Of a stretch of 64,000 nt of DNA, positions 47,887 through 57,441 are shown in pieces; within the stretch, counting starts at the first letter, position 1; each line of letters starts with the position of its first letter. A program made the translations under genes and the position numbers. The notes under the pieces were generated by a model that saw nothing but the letters and a program-made list of their open reading frames with translations, searched no databases and was not told the origin of the DNA. Source of the DNA: an uncultured virus (IMG/VR IMGVR_UViG_3300010334_004649) (Duplodnaviria > Heunggongvirae > Uroviricota > Caudoviricetes); IMG/VR virus record IMGVR_UViG_3300010334_004649; one strand, written 5' to 3'.

Positions 47887-48960
47887 GTGCGCCCTTTCGA
47901 TTTGAGTAAATTTAGGAAAGATTTGACAAAAAATATCCCCGGTATCAGTTTGGGATTCCATGATCCAAAACACTGGGTTGACTGCGGAAACTACGCACTC
48001 AACTATTGTATTTCTGGCAATTTCAACAATGGTATTCCACTGGGCAAGGTAACCATGTTTGCTGGGCAATCAGGCAGTGGTAAATCCTATATCTGTTCCG
48101 GCAATCTTGTACGTAATGCACAAAAGGACGATATCTTTGTAGTATTGATCGATACCGAAAATGCACTTGACGAAAATTGGTTGAAGCCATTAGGTGTTGA
48201 CACCAGCGAAGACAAACTGCTGAAAGTCAACATGAGTATGATCGATGATGTAGCAAAACTCATGAGTGATTTCATGAAGGACTACAAGACACGTTTTGAT
48301 TCGGCGGATGAAAAAGACAGGCCAAAGGTCTTGTTTATACTTGACAGTCTAGGCATGCTGTTGACGCCAACTGATGTGAATCAATTCCAAAGTGGAGACC
48401 TCAAAGGTGATATGGGACGCAAGCCAAAAGCACTAGCAGCACTTGTTCGCAATTGTGTTAACATGTTTGGCGAATATGATGTGGGCATGGTAGTGACCAA
48501 TCACAGTTATGCCAGTCAGGACATGTTTGATCCAGATGACAAGATCTCGGGTGGACAGGGATTCATCTACGCCAGTTCTATTGTAGTGGCCATGCAGAAA
48601 CGCAAACTCAAGGAAGATGAAGATGGCAAGAAAGTCACTGATGTTCGAGGCATCCGCGCTGCTTGCAAAATCATGAAGACTCGGTATAATAAACCATTTG
48701 AAAATGTTGAGATCAAAATCCCCTGGGACAAGGGCATGGATCCCTACAGTGGTCTGATTGAACTTTTTGAGAAAAAAGGAGTTCTGTTTAAAGACAGTAC
48801 CAAACTCAAATATGTTGACACAAGTGGCAAAGAACACAAATATTTCCGTTCAGCTATTCCCAATAGTCTGTTAGATCAGATCATGGAAGAATGGGACGAA
48901 ACCAAAATTAACCCCGTGTTGGAAGCAGCGGGAGACATGACAGAAGAACTGGGAGAATAA
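47887..48960 (+). CDS. uvsX: RecA/UvsX recombinase (GTG start)
   Basis: AGQSGSGKS Walker A, IDTENALD, LDSLG, SGGQG..YASS; AGGAG RBS. Confidence 0.93.
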   Translation: MRPFDLSKFRKDLTKNIPGISLGFHDPKHWVDCGNYALNYCISGNFNNGIPLGKVTMFAGQSGSGKSYICSGNLVRNAQKDDIFVVLIDTENALDENWLKPLGVDTSEDKLLKVNMSMIDDVAKLMSDFMKDYKTRFDSADEKDRPKVLFILDSLGMLLTPTDVNQFQSGDLKGDMGRKPKALAALVRNCVNMFGEYDVGMVVTNHSYASQDMFDPDDKISGGQGFIYASSIVVAMQKRKLKEDEDGKKVTDVRGIRAACKIMKTRYNKPFENVEIKIPWDKGMDPYSGLIELFEKKGVLFKDSTKLKYVDTSGKEHKYFRSAIPNSLLDQIMEEWDETKINPVLEAAGDMTEELGE

Positions 48961-48961
48961 C

Positions 48962-49201
48962 ATGGAAATCGCTGATCGTACTGTTTTAGAAATCTGGGAA
49001 CTGTTTACAGATTACATCCAACCTGGCAAGAAAAATGATGCAGCAGTGCGTTATCTACGTATTTTTCTTGAACAAGATATTGAACTGGGTGATCTAGAAG
49101 ACCTACGTGAAGAAGACGAACACATCGACTATGCTCTGGATGAACTTAAAAACGACCTAGATGAGGACTACGCCGATGATACAGAATACGAAGAAGAATA
49201 A
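48962..49201 (+). CDS. Small acidic hypothetical protein
   Basis: 79 aa; GGGAG RBS. Confidence 0.75.
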   Translation: MEIADRTVLEIWELFTDYIQPGKKNDAAVRYLRIFLEQDIELGDLEDLREEDEHIDYALDELKNDLDEDYADDTEYEEE

Positions 49202-49203
49202 AT

Positions 49204-49240
49204 TCAGCAATAGATTCCTTGCGAAGGAATCTATTGCTGA
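49204..49240. terminator. 17-bp perfect hairpin
   Basis: TCAGCAATAGATTCCTT-GCG-AAGGAATCTATTGCTGA. Confidence 0.75.
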
Positions 49241-49307
49241 TATTGATCATCTGCAGAGGCCGGGATCAACGACCAAAAAGAAATTAGATTTATCTAATCG
49301 TAATTCT

Positions 49308-49601
49308 ATGAATACAACACAGCTAGATCGCAAAGACAACAGCATGATCAAACACAAGATCGTGCATCATACACCTAGTCAAACGGATCATGACTCGGTT
49401 GAAAACACATTGAAACCTGCAATTGTCATGTCTGATCATGAACTGCGTGAACTTCTAGTTAGATCTGATCTAGCGGCCAATTCATTAGATCCAATACAAA
49501 CAGCTGCGGTACAAACTGAACTACAGGCCAAAACGCTGCTGATGCTCAATGCCATAGACTGGAAACTGTGGGTATTATACAACAAATTTGCCAAGGCATA
49601 A
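49308..49601 (+). CDS. Hypothetical protein (start uncertain)
   Basis: C-terminal AIDWKLW motif; the upstream part of the computed ORF runs through the hairpin. Confidence 0.6.
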   Translation: MNTTQLDRKDNSMIKHKIVHHTPSQTDHDSVENTLKPAIVMSDHELRELLVRSDLAANSLDPIQTAAVQTELQAKTLLMLNAIDWKLWVLYNKFAKA

Positions 49602-49604
49602 TAC

Positions 49605-50075
49605 ATGTGGTATAATCGGGTAGTTGAAGATCTCTTTGAAATTACAAATGCCATAACTCATTTTAACAAAGAATTAGATCTAGCTCAAAACGAAACAAAG
49701 ATCACAGGTAATCTCGAAAAAAACTCACAAGAACTATCTGGTATTACCAGTCATCGATTTGGACAACTGCAGGAAATCGAAGCCATACTGAAACATGTTA
49801 ACATTCGCTATGACAAACTACGCAGCGATCATTATCGCAAATATTTAGAAAGATACAATCGACAACTAACAGACAGAAGCATAGAAAAATATATCGACGG
49901 TGAAGATGACGTGGTCAGTATGGCAACTATCATCAATGAAGTAAGCCTAGTTAGGAACAAGTATTTGGCTTTGATGAAGGGACTTGATATCAAAGCCTGG
50001 CAAATTGGACATATTGTCAAGCTACGGGTGGTTGGTTTAGAAACCATAACCCTTGAGAACAATACTCGATTTTAG
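49605..50075 (+). CDS. uvsY: Recombination mediator (UvsY-like)
   Basis: Helical; YLE.Y.R.L..R..EKYIDGE, K.WQIG.IVKLR; between UvsX and UvsW. Confidence 0.8.
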   Translation: MWYNRVVEDLFEITNAITHFNKELDLAQNETKITGNLEKNSQELSGITSHRFGQLQEIEAILKHVNIRYDKLRSDHYRKYLERYNRQLTDRSIEKYIDGEDDVVSMATIINEVSLVRNKYLALMKGLDIKAWQIGHIVKLRVVGLETITLENNTRF

Positions 50076-50231
50076 GCATGATTTCTGATTCTACCTGGTT
50101 GAAGATTCTGATCAATAATTTTTTGGATAATTCTCAAACAGGTAGAATTGCGTTATTACGTCTTGATGCTATTTGCGTTCCTTGACAGCACTCTTGCCAA
50201 ACATTGGATTATTTTTACCTGCTCCAGCCAT
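50072..50231 (-). pseudogene. Decayed homing-endonuclease C-terminal remnant (NUMOD3-like)
   Basis: Minus strand reads MAGAGKNNPMFGKSAVKERK*..QFYLFENYPK, then a frameshift in an A6 run, then IIDQNLQPGRIRNHA*. Confidence 0.6.
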
Positions 50232-50347
50232 TATTAAATGTTTCTATAATGATATTTTTCAACAGCAGCCGAGACACAATATTAACTGACTACGAGCTTT
50301 GCAGGTACCTTGTATTACCGGATCCAAGACAAACAGGAAGATAAAGA

Positions 50348-52900
50348 ATGATAAAGACCGCTGAGATAGTCATTACTGACGAAGTTGGGGTAAAGATTGA
50401 AGGCCTTGATCTAGCCACCAGGCGGGCATGTGTCAATGCAGTGAAATACTTCCTACCACATGCAAGATATAGTCCAGCATACAAGCTTGGAAGATGGGAT
50501 GGGTGCCAGAGCTTTTGCACCCTGGGAGGTAGGACATATCTAAATCTTCTCGATAAAATACTTCCAGTACTGATCAAGGAAGGCTATGAGTTTGAGATCA
50601 AAGATTGTCGAGCATCCCACAGTTTTGAGTTTGAGAAGATTGATGAGAATTTCCTCAGCCATATCAGTTGGCCTGCTGGGCATAGATTTGCAGGTGAGCC
50701 TATAGTCATCCGTGATTATCAGATACAGGCCATCAACGAATGCATCAACAACCTACAGGGAATCTCCATTGCACCAACCAGCGCGGGGAAGGCTCAACCT
50801 CTATCAAGCCTTGTTAAGGTTCCTGGTGGCTGGAAGGCAATGGGGGATATCGTGATAGGTGACCTCGTTACGACACCCGACGGATCTTCGGCTGTAGTCA
50901 GTGGAACCTTTGATCATGATCCAAAGGATGTGTATGAGATCACATTTGAGGACGGTCGCAAGGTTAGATCATGCGACGAACATCTGTGGAAGGTACATAA
51001 CCACAATTGGACCGAAAAATGGAAGGTAATCTCTCTTAAGGAGATCATCAAGTATCAGGCAACCAACCAACGGACCATGTCAGTCCCTTTACCAACGATG
51101 GTATCTGATGCAACGAATGATACAGACTTACCAATTGATCCGTACATACTGGGAGCATTACTTGGAGATGGATCATTTAGAGATAATTTTGGCATCTCAA
51201 CAGCTGATCAGTTCATTGTCGATAAAATCTCATCTAAGCTTGACCCGAGATATGTTCTAAAACACAAGGATCGATATGATTATAGCATTTCATTTGGCTC
51301 AAATGAGCTTCATATGGAAGCAAGATCTAAATGGATGCGTGATATCAACACACAGCCAGATATCAAAAAACCAACATACCATCTCTACAAGGCACGTATC
51401 AAAGAACTTGGCCTAAAGGGAGCGTATAGTCATACCAAGTTTATACCGCCTATATATCTCAACAGTAGCTATTCGCAGAGACTGTCATTGATACAAGGTC
51501 TTCTGGATACTGACGGATATGTTGACAAGCGCGGATGCATTTCGTTCACAACAACTAGCCAACAATTGGCCGATGGATTTGCAAAACTGCTCCATAGCAT
51601 CGGAGGTATTGCCAATATCACCACCCGCACCAACCGGATTTATAAGGGAGAAATGATACCTTGTAAGGATGTTTATAACGTGTCTGTATACCATCCAACA
51701 CCTAGCATACTAGTCACGATGCCTAGGAAGGTTGATCGTGTATCATCGAGAGTTGTAAGACGGAGTCCGATGCTCCATATTACTGATATCAAAAAGGTAT
51801 CCAATGAACCGGTCCGGTGTATTATGGTCGATCATCCAGATCATCTATATCTAACAGATGGATATGTTGTAACTCACAATACCATCATCACGGCAAGCCT
51901 GAGCATGCTGGCTGAGAAATACGGTAGGACCATCGTCATCGTTCCCAACAAGAATCTCGTTCAACAAACTGAGGAGGATTATCGCAACATCGGGCTCGAC
52001 GTTGGTGTGCTTTATGGCGATCGCAAGGAATATGATCGGCAGCATACCATCTGCACATGGCAAAGCCTCATGGTGCTCGACAAGAAGAGCAAAGATGCAT
52101 TAGACGATGAACAGCTGGCGGTATTCATAGACAATCTAGTTGCAGTTATATGTGACGAGGTGCATGGAGTGAAGAACCTAAATGTGTTGCACAATCTTCT
52201 CACTACTACCTTTTCTAACATACCAATCCGGTGGGGGTTGACCGGGACCATTCCTGAGGAGGAATATAATCAGGTCAGCCTTTACAGCGCAATTGGGCCT
52301 ATCATCGGCAAGCTATCGGCAAAGGAACTGCAGGATAAAGGGTATCTTGCCAAGTGCCATGTGAATATACTACATACCCAGGATGCGGTATCGTACGGCG
52401 ACTATCAAGGAGAGCTAAAGTACTTGGTCACCAACCGTGATCGTCTATCTTGGATGGCTGGTAAGATCAAAGAGATAGCTGACACTGGCAACACCTTGGT
52501 GTTGATTGATCGAATCGAAACAGGTGAAATACTGCATGAGATGATTGCTGACTCAACTTTCATCAGCGGACAAATGAAAAGCACCAAGAGAAAGGAAGCA
52601 TACAAGGACATCAATCTAGCGGATAATGCCGTGATGATCGCCACATATGGTACCACCAGCACTGGCATCAGTATCAATCGCATATTCAATCTGGTATTGG
52701 TTGAACCGGGAAAAAGCTTTGTTCGTGTGATACAAAGCATTGGACGTGGCTTGCGGAAGGCAGATGACAAGGAGGCTGTTGAGATCTACGACATTGCTAG
52801 CAAATGCAAGTTTTCAAACAAACATTTGTTAAAACGCAAGAAGTTCTACGATTCGGTCGAATATCCATATACTACTACAAAGGTATCATATCAACCTTGA
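50348..52900 (+). CDS. uvsW: SF2 DNA helicase (UvsW-like) containing an intein
   Basis: RDYQ, PTSAGK|...|T Walker A, DEVH, GLTGT, QSIGRGLR. Confidence 0.93.
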   Translation: MIKTAEIVITDEVGVKIEGLDLATRRACVNAVKYFLPHARYSPAYKLGRWDGCQSFCTLGGRTYLNLLDKILPVLIKEGYEFEIKDCRASHSFEFEKIDENFLSHISWPAGHRFAGEPIVIRDYQIQAINECINNLQGISIAPTSAGKAQPLSSLVKVPGGWKAMGDIVIGDLVTTPDGSSAVVSGTFDHDPKDVYEITFEDGRKVRSCDEHLWKVHNHNWTEKWKVISLKEIIKYQATNQRTMSVPLPTMVSDATNDTDLPIDPYILGALLGDGSFRDNFGISTADQFIVDKISSKLDPRYVLKHKDRYDYSISFGSNELHMEARSKWMRDINTQPDIKKPTYHLYKARIKELGLKGAYSHTKFIPPIYLNSSYSQRLSLIQGLLDTDGYVDKRGCISFTTTSQQLADGFAKLLHSIGGIANITTRTNRIYKGEMIPCKDVYNVSVYHPTPSILVTMPRKVDRVSSRVVRRSPMLHITDIKKVSNEPVRCIMVDHPDHLYLTDGYVVTHNTIITASLSMLAEKYGRTIVIVPNKNLVQQTEEDYRNIGLDVGVLYGDRKEYDRQHTICTWQSLMVLDKKSKDALDDEQLAVFIDNLVAVICDEVHGVKNLNVLHNLLTTTFSNIPIRWGLTGTIPEEEYNQVSLYSAIGPIIGKLSAKELQDKGYLAKCHVNILHTQDAVSYGDYQGELKYLVTNRDRLSWMAGKIKEIADTGNTLVLIDRIETGEILHEMIADSTFISGQMKSTKRKEAYKDINLADNAVMIATYGTTSTGISINRIFNLVLVEPGKSFVRVIQSIGRGLRKADDKEAVEIYDIASKCKFSNKHLLKRKKFYDSVEYPYTTTKVSYQP
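50792..51880 (+). mobile_element. Class 3 intein (Ala1) with LAGLIDADG homing endonuclease, 363 aa
   Basis: Starts AQP; CDEHLW, VRCIMV, YLTDGYVVTHN|T (WCT triplet); LGALLGDGS and IQGLLDTDG. Confidence 0.9.
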
Positions 52901-53001
52901 GAAATTTGGACTAGAAGATCAAAGATAACGTGATGACCTGATTGGAATTTGGTGTGAATCCGCATTAAATAGCTGCCAAACCCATCACTAGGAGAAGGGC
53001 T

Positions 53002-53502
53002 ATACGGATCCTCACGCACGAAAATAAATCATATGCAATAAATCAAATCCCCGATCGCGTCGAAGATCTAAGATATTGTGTATTGGACTATTCAAACCAA
53101 GCAGACGTTGACTATTATTTCTTACCAATGATATTTTTGGAGAGTTTTAATAGTCCTTGTATAGATCTACGCATAGGCGAATATAGCCTACAGATGCCGT
53201 TGGATTGGAGTGTAATAATAGGAGATATGCATCTTGGACATCTTGAAATCATGCCTTTGGTCTATCTTATGGACAAGGATTTTGATGTCTATTGTTTTAA
53301 TCCTATCAAAGGCTACATGCCACGATTCCTCAAATTAGAAATTATCAACACATGGCCCGATGTCAAGTGGTATTTTCCCAAGTTGAAAAATGGACATTTG
53401 CTTGCAGTACCTTTAAAAGAAGGCGACAATCCACTGTGTGCATTTTTTGTCAAGGAAATTGCCAAGATACCAGACAATCTTGACATACGTAAACTTTTTT
53501 AG
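53002..53502 (+). CDS. Conserved-looking phage protein with a probable ATA start
   Basis: Late core at 52966-52971, AGGAGA RBS, 6 nt, ATA; frame is open into the computed ORF (IRILTHENKSY...FLESF..P...MPLDWS...KWYFPKLK). Confidence 0.7.
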   Translation: MRILTHENKSYAINQIPDRVEDLRYCVLDYSNQADVDYYFLPMIFLESFNSPCIDLRIGEYSLQMPLDWSVIIGDMHLGHLEIMPLVYLMDKDFDVYCFNPIKGYMPRFLKLEIINTWPDVKWYFPKLKNGHLLAVPLKEGDNPLCAFFVKEIAKIPDNLDIRKLF

Positions 53503-53504
53503 AT

Positions 53505-53549
53505 AGAAATCCCCGCTGATTTCGCTCTGGCTAATCAGCGGGGATTTCT
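53505..53549. terminator. 17-bp hairpin between convergent genes
   Basis: AGAAATCCCCGCTGATT ... AATCAGCGGGGATTTCT. Confidence 0.8.
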
Positions 53550-53574
53550 GAGTCTGCCTATTAACAGAGCAGTT

Positions 53575-54669
53575 TTATGCCGTTTGCAGCACTGCTTGAC
53601 CTGGGGCCGGTATGCAGCCAGTTGGTACCCAGGTGTAGGTGTTGTTGTTGAATGTTGAAACTGTTAGGTTGCGGATAATTTCAGCATATTCAGTGCTGGC
53701 CACCGGCGACACAGTTATAGTTGGTCGAGCTGGCCCAAAAGTTCCCGGAGCACATATTGTAAGTGCTGTTACAGCCCCGCAGGTCACTGTTCCCGATATC
53801 CTGGCAAAACCACAGCCGCTGACCACAGGAGCAACTGCTTGATAGTTGCTGCCACCTGCAATTATATGCGTACTGCTGATGCCATAGGTAGCAGTAGCAG
53901 CAGCACCAGTGCCGCGACCAGTTTGTGCTGTAAAAGCAACTGGGTTGCTGGGCGGAGTAGTGTAGTCACCAGAATTATGTACACGAAGAGCCGTCACATC
54001 CCAGCGTAGATTAAATGACGCTGACCTAGCCCAGGTGTTGGCAGTAGTAGATGAACTAAACACTGTGGTGTTGCTGATGCTGCTATTAGTAGCATTACCA
54101 GCACTGGTTATTGTAACCCCGCCGATGTTGCCATTGCCTGAGGTGGTTGCCACAGTGATCACTGTTGGCGTTGCCCAACCAGTATAGTTCCAAGTAAAGG
54201 TATCGCCAACAGTATAACCGTTGTTGGTATGGATATTACCAACAGCACCCAAGGCCACTGATTCAACAGTGGCATTTGCACGGTGATTGGTAAAATATGT
54301 GCCTCCATTAACACTGAGAATCTGTCCTGGAACATATCCTGCTGCTGTAGTACCAGAACCGCCAGATGTAACAGCAAATGATGTCACACCAATATTCGCA
54401 ACTGCTGAGGCACCACTGCCGGTGCTGCCATATGGACGCACAGTGACATTGGCCTGTCCTGGCTGCAGAGCTACACCGCCATTGGTTAATTGCACTCGGT
54501 TGCTGTAATTTCCGCAAACAGAGACCATGTTGTAGGTATTGGTGGCTCTTTGCGTGCAGATCCATGCCAGTGCGGTGCCCGGCTTGCAGATGAAATATGC
54601 AGTGGCCTGCAACTGTTGTCCAGTGTGACTGGTGTTGCCAATATAATTGGCGTTAATCGGGCGTCCCAT
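53575..54669 (-). CDS. Gly/Thr/Asn-rich beta-structured virion protein (decoration or fibre)
   Basis: MGRP N-terminus, AGGAG RBS, late core at 54743-54748; module shared with the sheath insertion. Confidence 0.75.
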   Translation of the reverse strand: MGRPINANYIGNTSHTGQQLQATAYFICKPGTALAWICTQRATNTYNMVSVCGNYSNRVQLTNGGVALQPGQANVTVRPYGSTGSGASAVANIGVTSFAVTSGGSGTTAAGYVPGQILSVNGGTYFTNHRANATVESVALGAVGNIHTNNGYTVGDTFTWNYTGWATPTVITVATTSGNGNIGGVTITSAGNATNSSISNTTVFSSSTTANTWARSASFNLRWDVTALRVHNSGDYTTPPSNPVAFTAQTGRGTGAAATATYGISSTHIIAGGSNYQAVAPVVSGCGFARISGTVTCGAVTALTICAPGTFGPARPTITVSPVASTEYAEIIRNLTVSTFNNNTYTWVPTGCIPAPGQAVLQTA

Positions 54670-54699
54670 GTTGTTTTATCTCCTGTTGATGTTGCCGTT

Positions 54700-54735
54700 C
54701 TAGGGCTACGCGGTTGGGTGACCGCATAATGCTAG
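54700..54735 (-). promoter_or_regulatory. Structured 5' leader hairpin
   Basis: CTAG-cat-TATGCGGT-cacccа-ACCGCGTA-gcc-CTAG between the late promoter and the RBS. Confidence 0.55.
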
Positions 54736-54832
54736 ATAACTTTATTTAGCAGAAGATAAAAAAAGAACGGCATCATGCCTTGTATAATGCCAAAAACAGC
54801 GCAACAATAAAACATGCTTGGAGATGTGTCGC

Positions 54833-55327
54833 ATGGCCTCAGATAAAAAACACAAATTAGATCTAGGCGAAGTGCTGTCTGCACTGGACGAACGCGATCT
54901 TGGATATTATGACAGACTCACTGCAGAGGAAAAGAAAAGTTATGTTCCTCTGGTATTGATGCGCTACATGAGTTCGCTGAATGGACAGAACAAAAATGCT
55001 GCATATGCAGTGGTAGCAACCAACGATCTAGTAAACATAGGATTTTGGAGCCTCACAAAACATCCAGAACTTCAACATAAACTGTTGTGTCTCACAGGTC
55101 TCGGTGGACGACAATTCCGTCCTTGGTTGAGTGCCAAAAATTCAAAAAAAAACAACAAAATCGACGCTTGGTTACTAGAAAAATTCCCAGGATTAAATAA
55201 TGATGAAGTAGCCATCATAAAATCCTTGCATGATGCCAAAAGTTGGGCGGTGTTCCTCAAAAGCAGCGGTATTGGTGATGGAGAAGTCAAAGAAATGCTC
55301 GAAGCATGGAAAAAACAAACCGCATGA
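54833..55327 (+). CDS. Clamp-loader small subunit (gp62)-like protein
   Basis: Y.P.VLMRYMS, N, HPELQ..L, F.PW pattern; GGAG RBS. Confidence 0.5.
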   Translation: MASDKKHKLDLGEVLSALDERDLGYYDRLTAEEKKSYVPLVLMRYMSSLNGQNKNAAYAVVATNDLVNIGFWSLTKHPELQHKLLCLTGLGGRQFRPWLSAKNSKKNNKIDAWLLEKFPGLNNDEVAIIKSLHDAKSWAVFLKSSGIGDGEVKEMLEAWKKQTA

Positions 55328-56010
55328 CAGGTTTTGAGTGTGAGTTTTGTAATAGGAAATTTGCCAAAGAATCATCACTGATAAATCACTCCTGTGAAAA
55401 AAAGCGTCGGTGGTTCACTAGAGATGACCCGCATGCAAGGTTTGGATTCTTTGCATGGAGCAGATTCTACGAACTCAACTCATTCAACAGGAGTAAAAAT
55501 TTCAAAAACAGCCAAAGGAATTTCATAGAAAGTCAGTTTTATCTTGCATTTGTAAAATTTGGCCGGCACATATGTGATCTCAATGCTATTGATCCTGAAA
55601 AATTTATAGACTATGTGATCAAAAACAATTTGCCGTTGGACAAGTGGACACATGATTTTGTCTATGAACAGTATGTGCGAGAACTCACTAGGCAAGAATC
55701 AGCTGAAGACGCATTGGAGCGCAACATCATGTTGATGAACGAGTGGAGCATGCAGAATGGTGAACCTTGGCCGGAATTTTTTCGCAAAGTCAATGCCAAC
55801 CAAGCAGTATCTTGGATACGTAGTGGTCGCATTTCTCCGTGGTTACTATATAATGTTGACAGTGCAGTTGATCTTTTTGAAAGGTGCACGCCAGAACAGT
55901 TGTCTATGATCAAAGAATATGCTCCCCCGGGGCCTTGGAAGATACGATTTAATAAAAGCCGAGACAGTTGTGAATTTATACGCAACACACTTAGAGAAAA
56001 TGGAATGTGA
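55324..56010 (+). CDS. Hypothetical protein with an N-terminal zinc finger
   Basis: CEFC..F......L..HSC; I.SGRISPW; ATGA overlap sets the start. Confidence 0.75.
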   Translation: MTGFECEFCNRKFAKESSLINHSCEKKRRWFTRDDPHARFGFFAWSRFYELNSFNRSKNFKNSQRNFIESQFYLAFVKFGRHICDLNAIDPEKFIDYVIKNNLPLDKWTHDFVYEQYVRELTRQESAEDALERNIMLMNEWSMQNGEPWPEFFRKVNANQAVSWIRSGRISPWLLYNVDSAVDLFERCTPEQLSMIKEYAPPGPWKIRFNKSRDSCEFIRNTLRENGM

Positions 56011-56013
56011 AAC

Positions 56014-56319
56014 ATGAGTGACACTTATCAAGATATGTATAGCAGTGAAGCTGCACTTGAAAAACCATCTATGGACCAAGAACGAGGCAGTTTTCTGCTC
56101 AATCGCGGGTTGATCAAAGACATCACTATAGATGGTAAAACCATTTCTGTAGTAGACGCCGCAGTGGTGATAAAACTTGAAAATCTCGTGAGAACCTTGG
56201 CAGCAGATCTTACCAAGGTAACCAACGATCTGCGCAGTATCCGTGATAGGATGAGTATAAACGAACGCAAACTATCAACCGTGACTGCAGAACTAGATAA
56301 CAAAGTCAGTTATGAATAA
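56014..56319 (+). CDS. Small coiled-coil hypothetical protein
   Basis: 101 aa with a heptad-pattern C-terminus; overlaps the next gene. Confidence 0.7.
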   Translation: MSDTYQDMYSSEAALEKPSMDQERGSFLLNRGLIKDITIDGKTISVVDAAVVIKLENLVRTLAADLTKVTNDLRSIRDRMSINERKLSTVTAELDNKVSYE

Positions 56320-56917
56320 AACTACTCAGATCCCAGCAGGCGATGTTGATATAGACTTTGCTGATCGCAACATGGCCCTTGCTGGTTTAGATCATGTTCC
56401 TGCTGCTATCATACGCAACAATACCATAGTCAAACACAATACCGGAGTCTATTTCCATGCAGTGCCAAGTGATCCTATATCGGGCATTGCTTCATTGCAC
56501 TATGAGGACGCTGAACAGCGTGGATGGTATAAGATAGATCTGCTGAATGTGCATGTCTATGAAATGGTCAAAAATGAACAGCACCTGCTGGACCTTATGA
56601 ATAGAGAATTTGACTGGAACCTGTTGACCTTTCCAGAATTCACATCCCAATTGATACACCTTGGCAACCATGGGCCGTTGGTGGCCAGTGTGCGACCGTG
56701 TAGCATAGCAGATTTGGCCATGACATTGGCACTGATAAGGCCGGGCAAGCGACATCTCATTAATACCTGTCAGAGCCTGGGATTTGATGCAATCCGCAAT
56801 GAAATTTGGCAACAAACGGACGGTGGTTATTCATTTCACAAGAGCCATGCAACTGGCTATGCTGTGTTGGTCAAAGTGCATGCCAATCTGTTGATTGAGC
56901 AACTCAACAGCAATTGA
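56312..56917 (+). CDS. Minimal family-C DNA polymerase (DnaE alpha palm/fingers core), 201 aa
   Basis: DVDIDF, KHNTGVY, YKIDLL, ALIRPG, YSFHKSHATGYA in DnaE order. Confidence 0.8.
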   Translation: MNKTTQIPAGDVDIDFADRNMALAGLDHVPAAIIRNNTIVKHNTGVYFHAVPSDPISGIASLHYEDAEQRGWYKIDLLNVHVYEMVKNEQHLLDLMNREFDWNLLTFPEFTSQLIHLGNHGPLVASVRPCSIADLAMTLALIRPGKRHLINTCQSLGFDAIRNEIWQQTDGGYSFHKSHATGYAVLVKVHANLLIEQLNSN

Positions 56918-56941
56918 CAGATTTTTATAAAGCGCTATAAT
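56914..56941 (+). promoter_or_regulatory. Consensus sigma70-type promoter
   Basis: TTGACA-16 nt-TATAAT, then AGGAG RBS and ATG 56965. Confidence 0.75.
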
Positions 56942-56964
56942 GACATGCAACTTAGGAGTCCAAA

Positions 56965-57441
56965 ATGCCGTCAAGGGTGCTGAAACTCAAATCTGAAACC
57001 AACAGTCTTGGTACAACGGTGTATCTTGTTGATAAAAACCGCAGTTATAATGAAAAAATTGTCGAATATTTGGATTATAACCCATTGAAGAACAACAAGG
57101 CAAATTTAACCGGCGGTTTACTATTCCGCAGTCCGGATATTGCCGCAGATGTATGGCCCGGCACACTAGAGACGCTGTCGCGCATTGATGGAGAATTTTC
57201 TATCACCGCTAGGCTAACCACCGACAAGAACAAAAAGCAGCAGATCACAGCCTGGGCTAGATTCTCCGACAAGAATGATGCCGCTATGTTTGCCTGGGCT
57301 AATGTGCAACACTGGCAGAAATGGAGTGATGCACAGGATGCAGAAGATCGTGCTGAGACCAAATCCAAGAAAAACACGTTGAAAATTACCAAGGATGGTA
57401 GATTGGTGGGCAATGTTACTTTGACCACGCTGTCAGACTAG
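56965..57441 (+). CDS. Hypothetical, probably early protein
   Basis: 158 aa with its own sigma70-type promoter and RBS. Confidence 0.75.
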   Translation: MPSRVLKLKSETNSLGTTVYLVDKNRSYNEKIVEYLDYNPLKNNKANLTGGLLFRSPDIAADVWPGTLETLSRIDGEFSITARLTTDKNKKQQITAWARFSDKNDAAMFAWANVQHWQKWSDAQDAEDRAETKSKKNTLKITKDGRLVGNVTLTTLSD

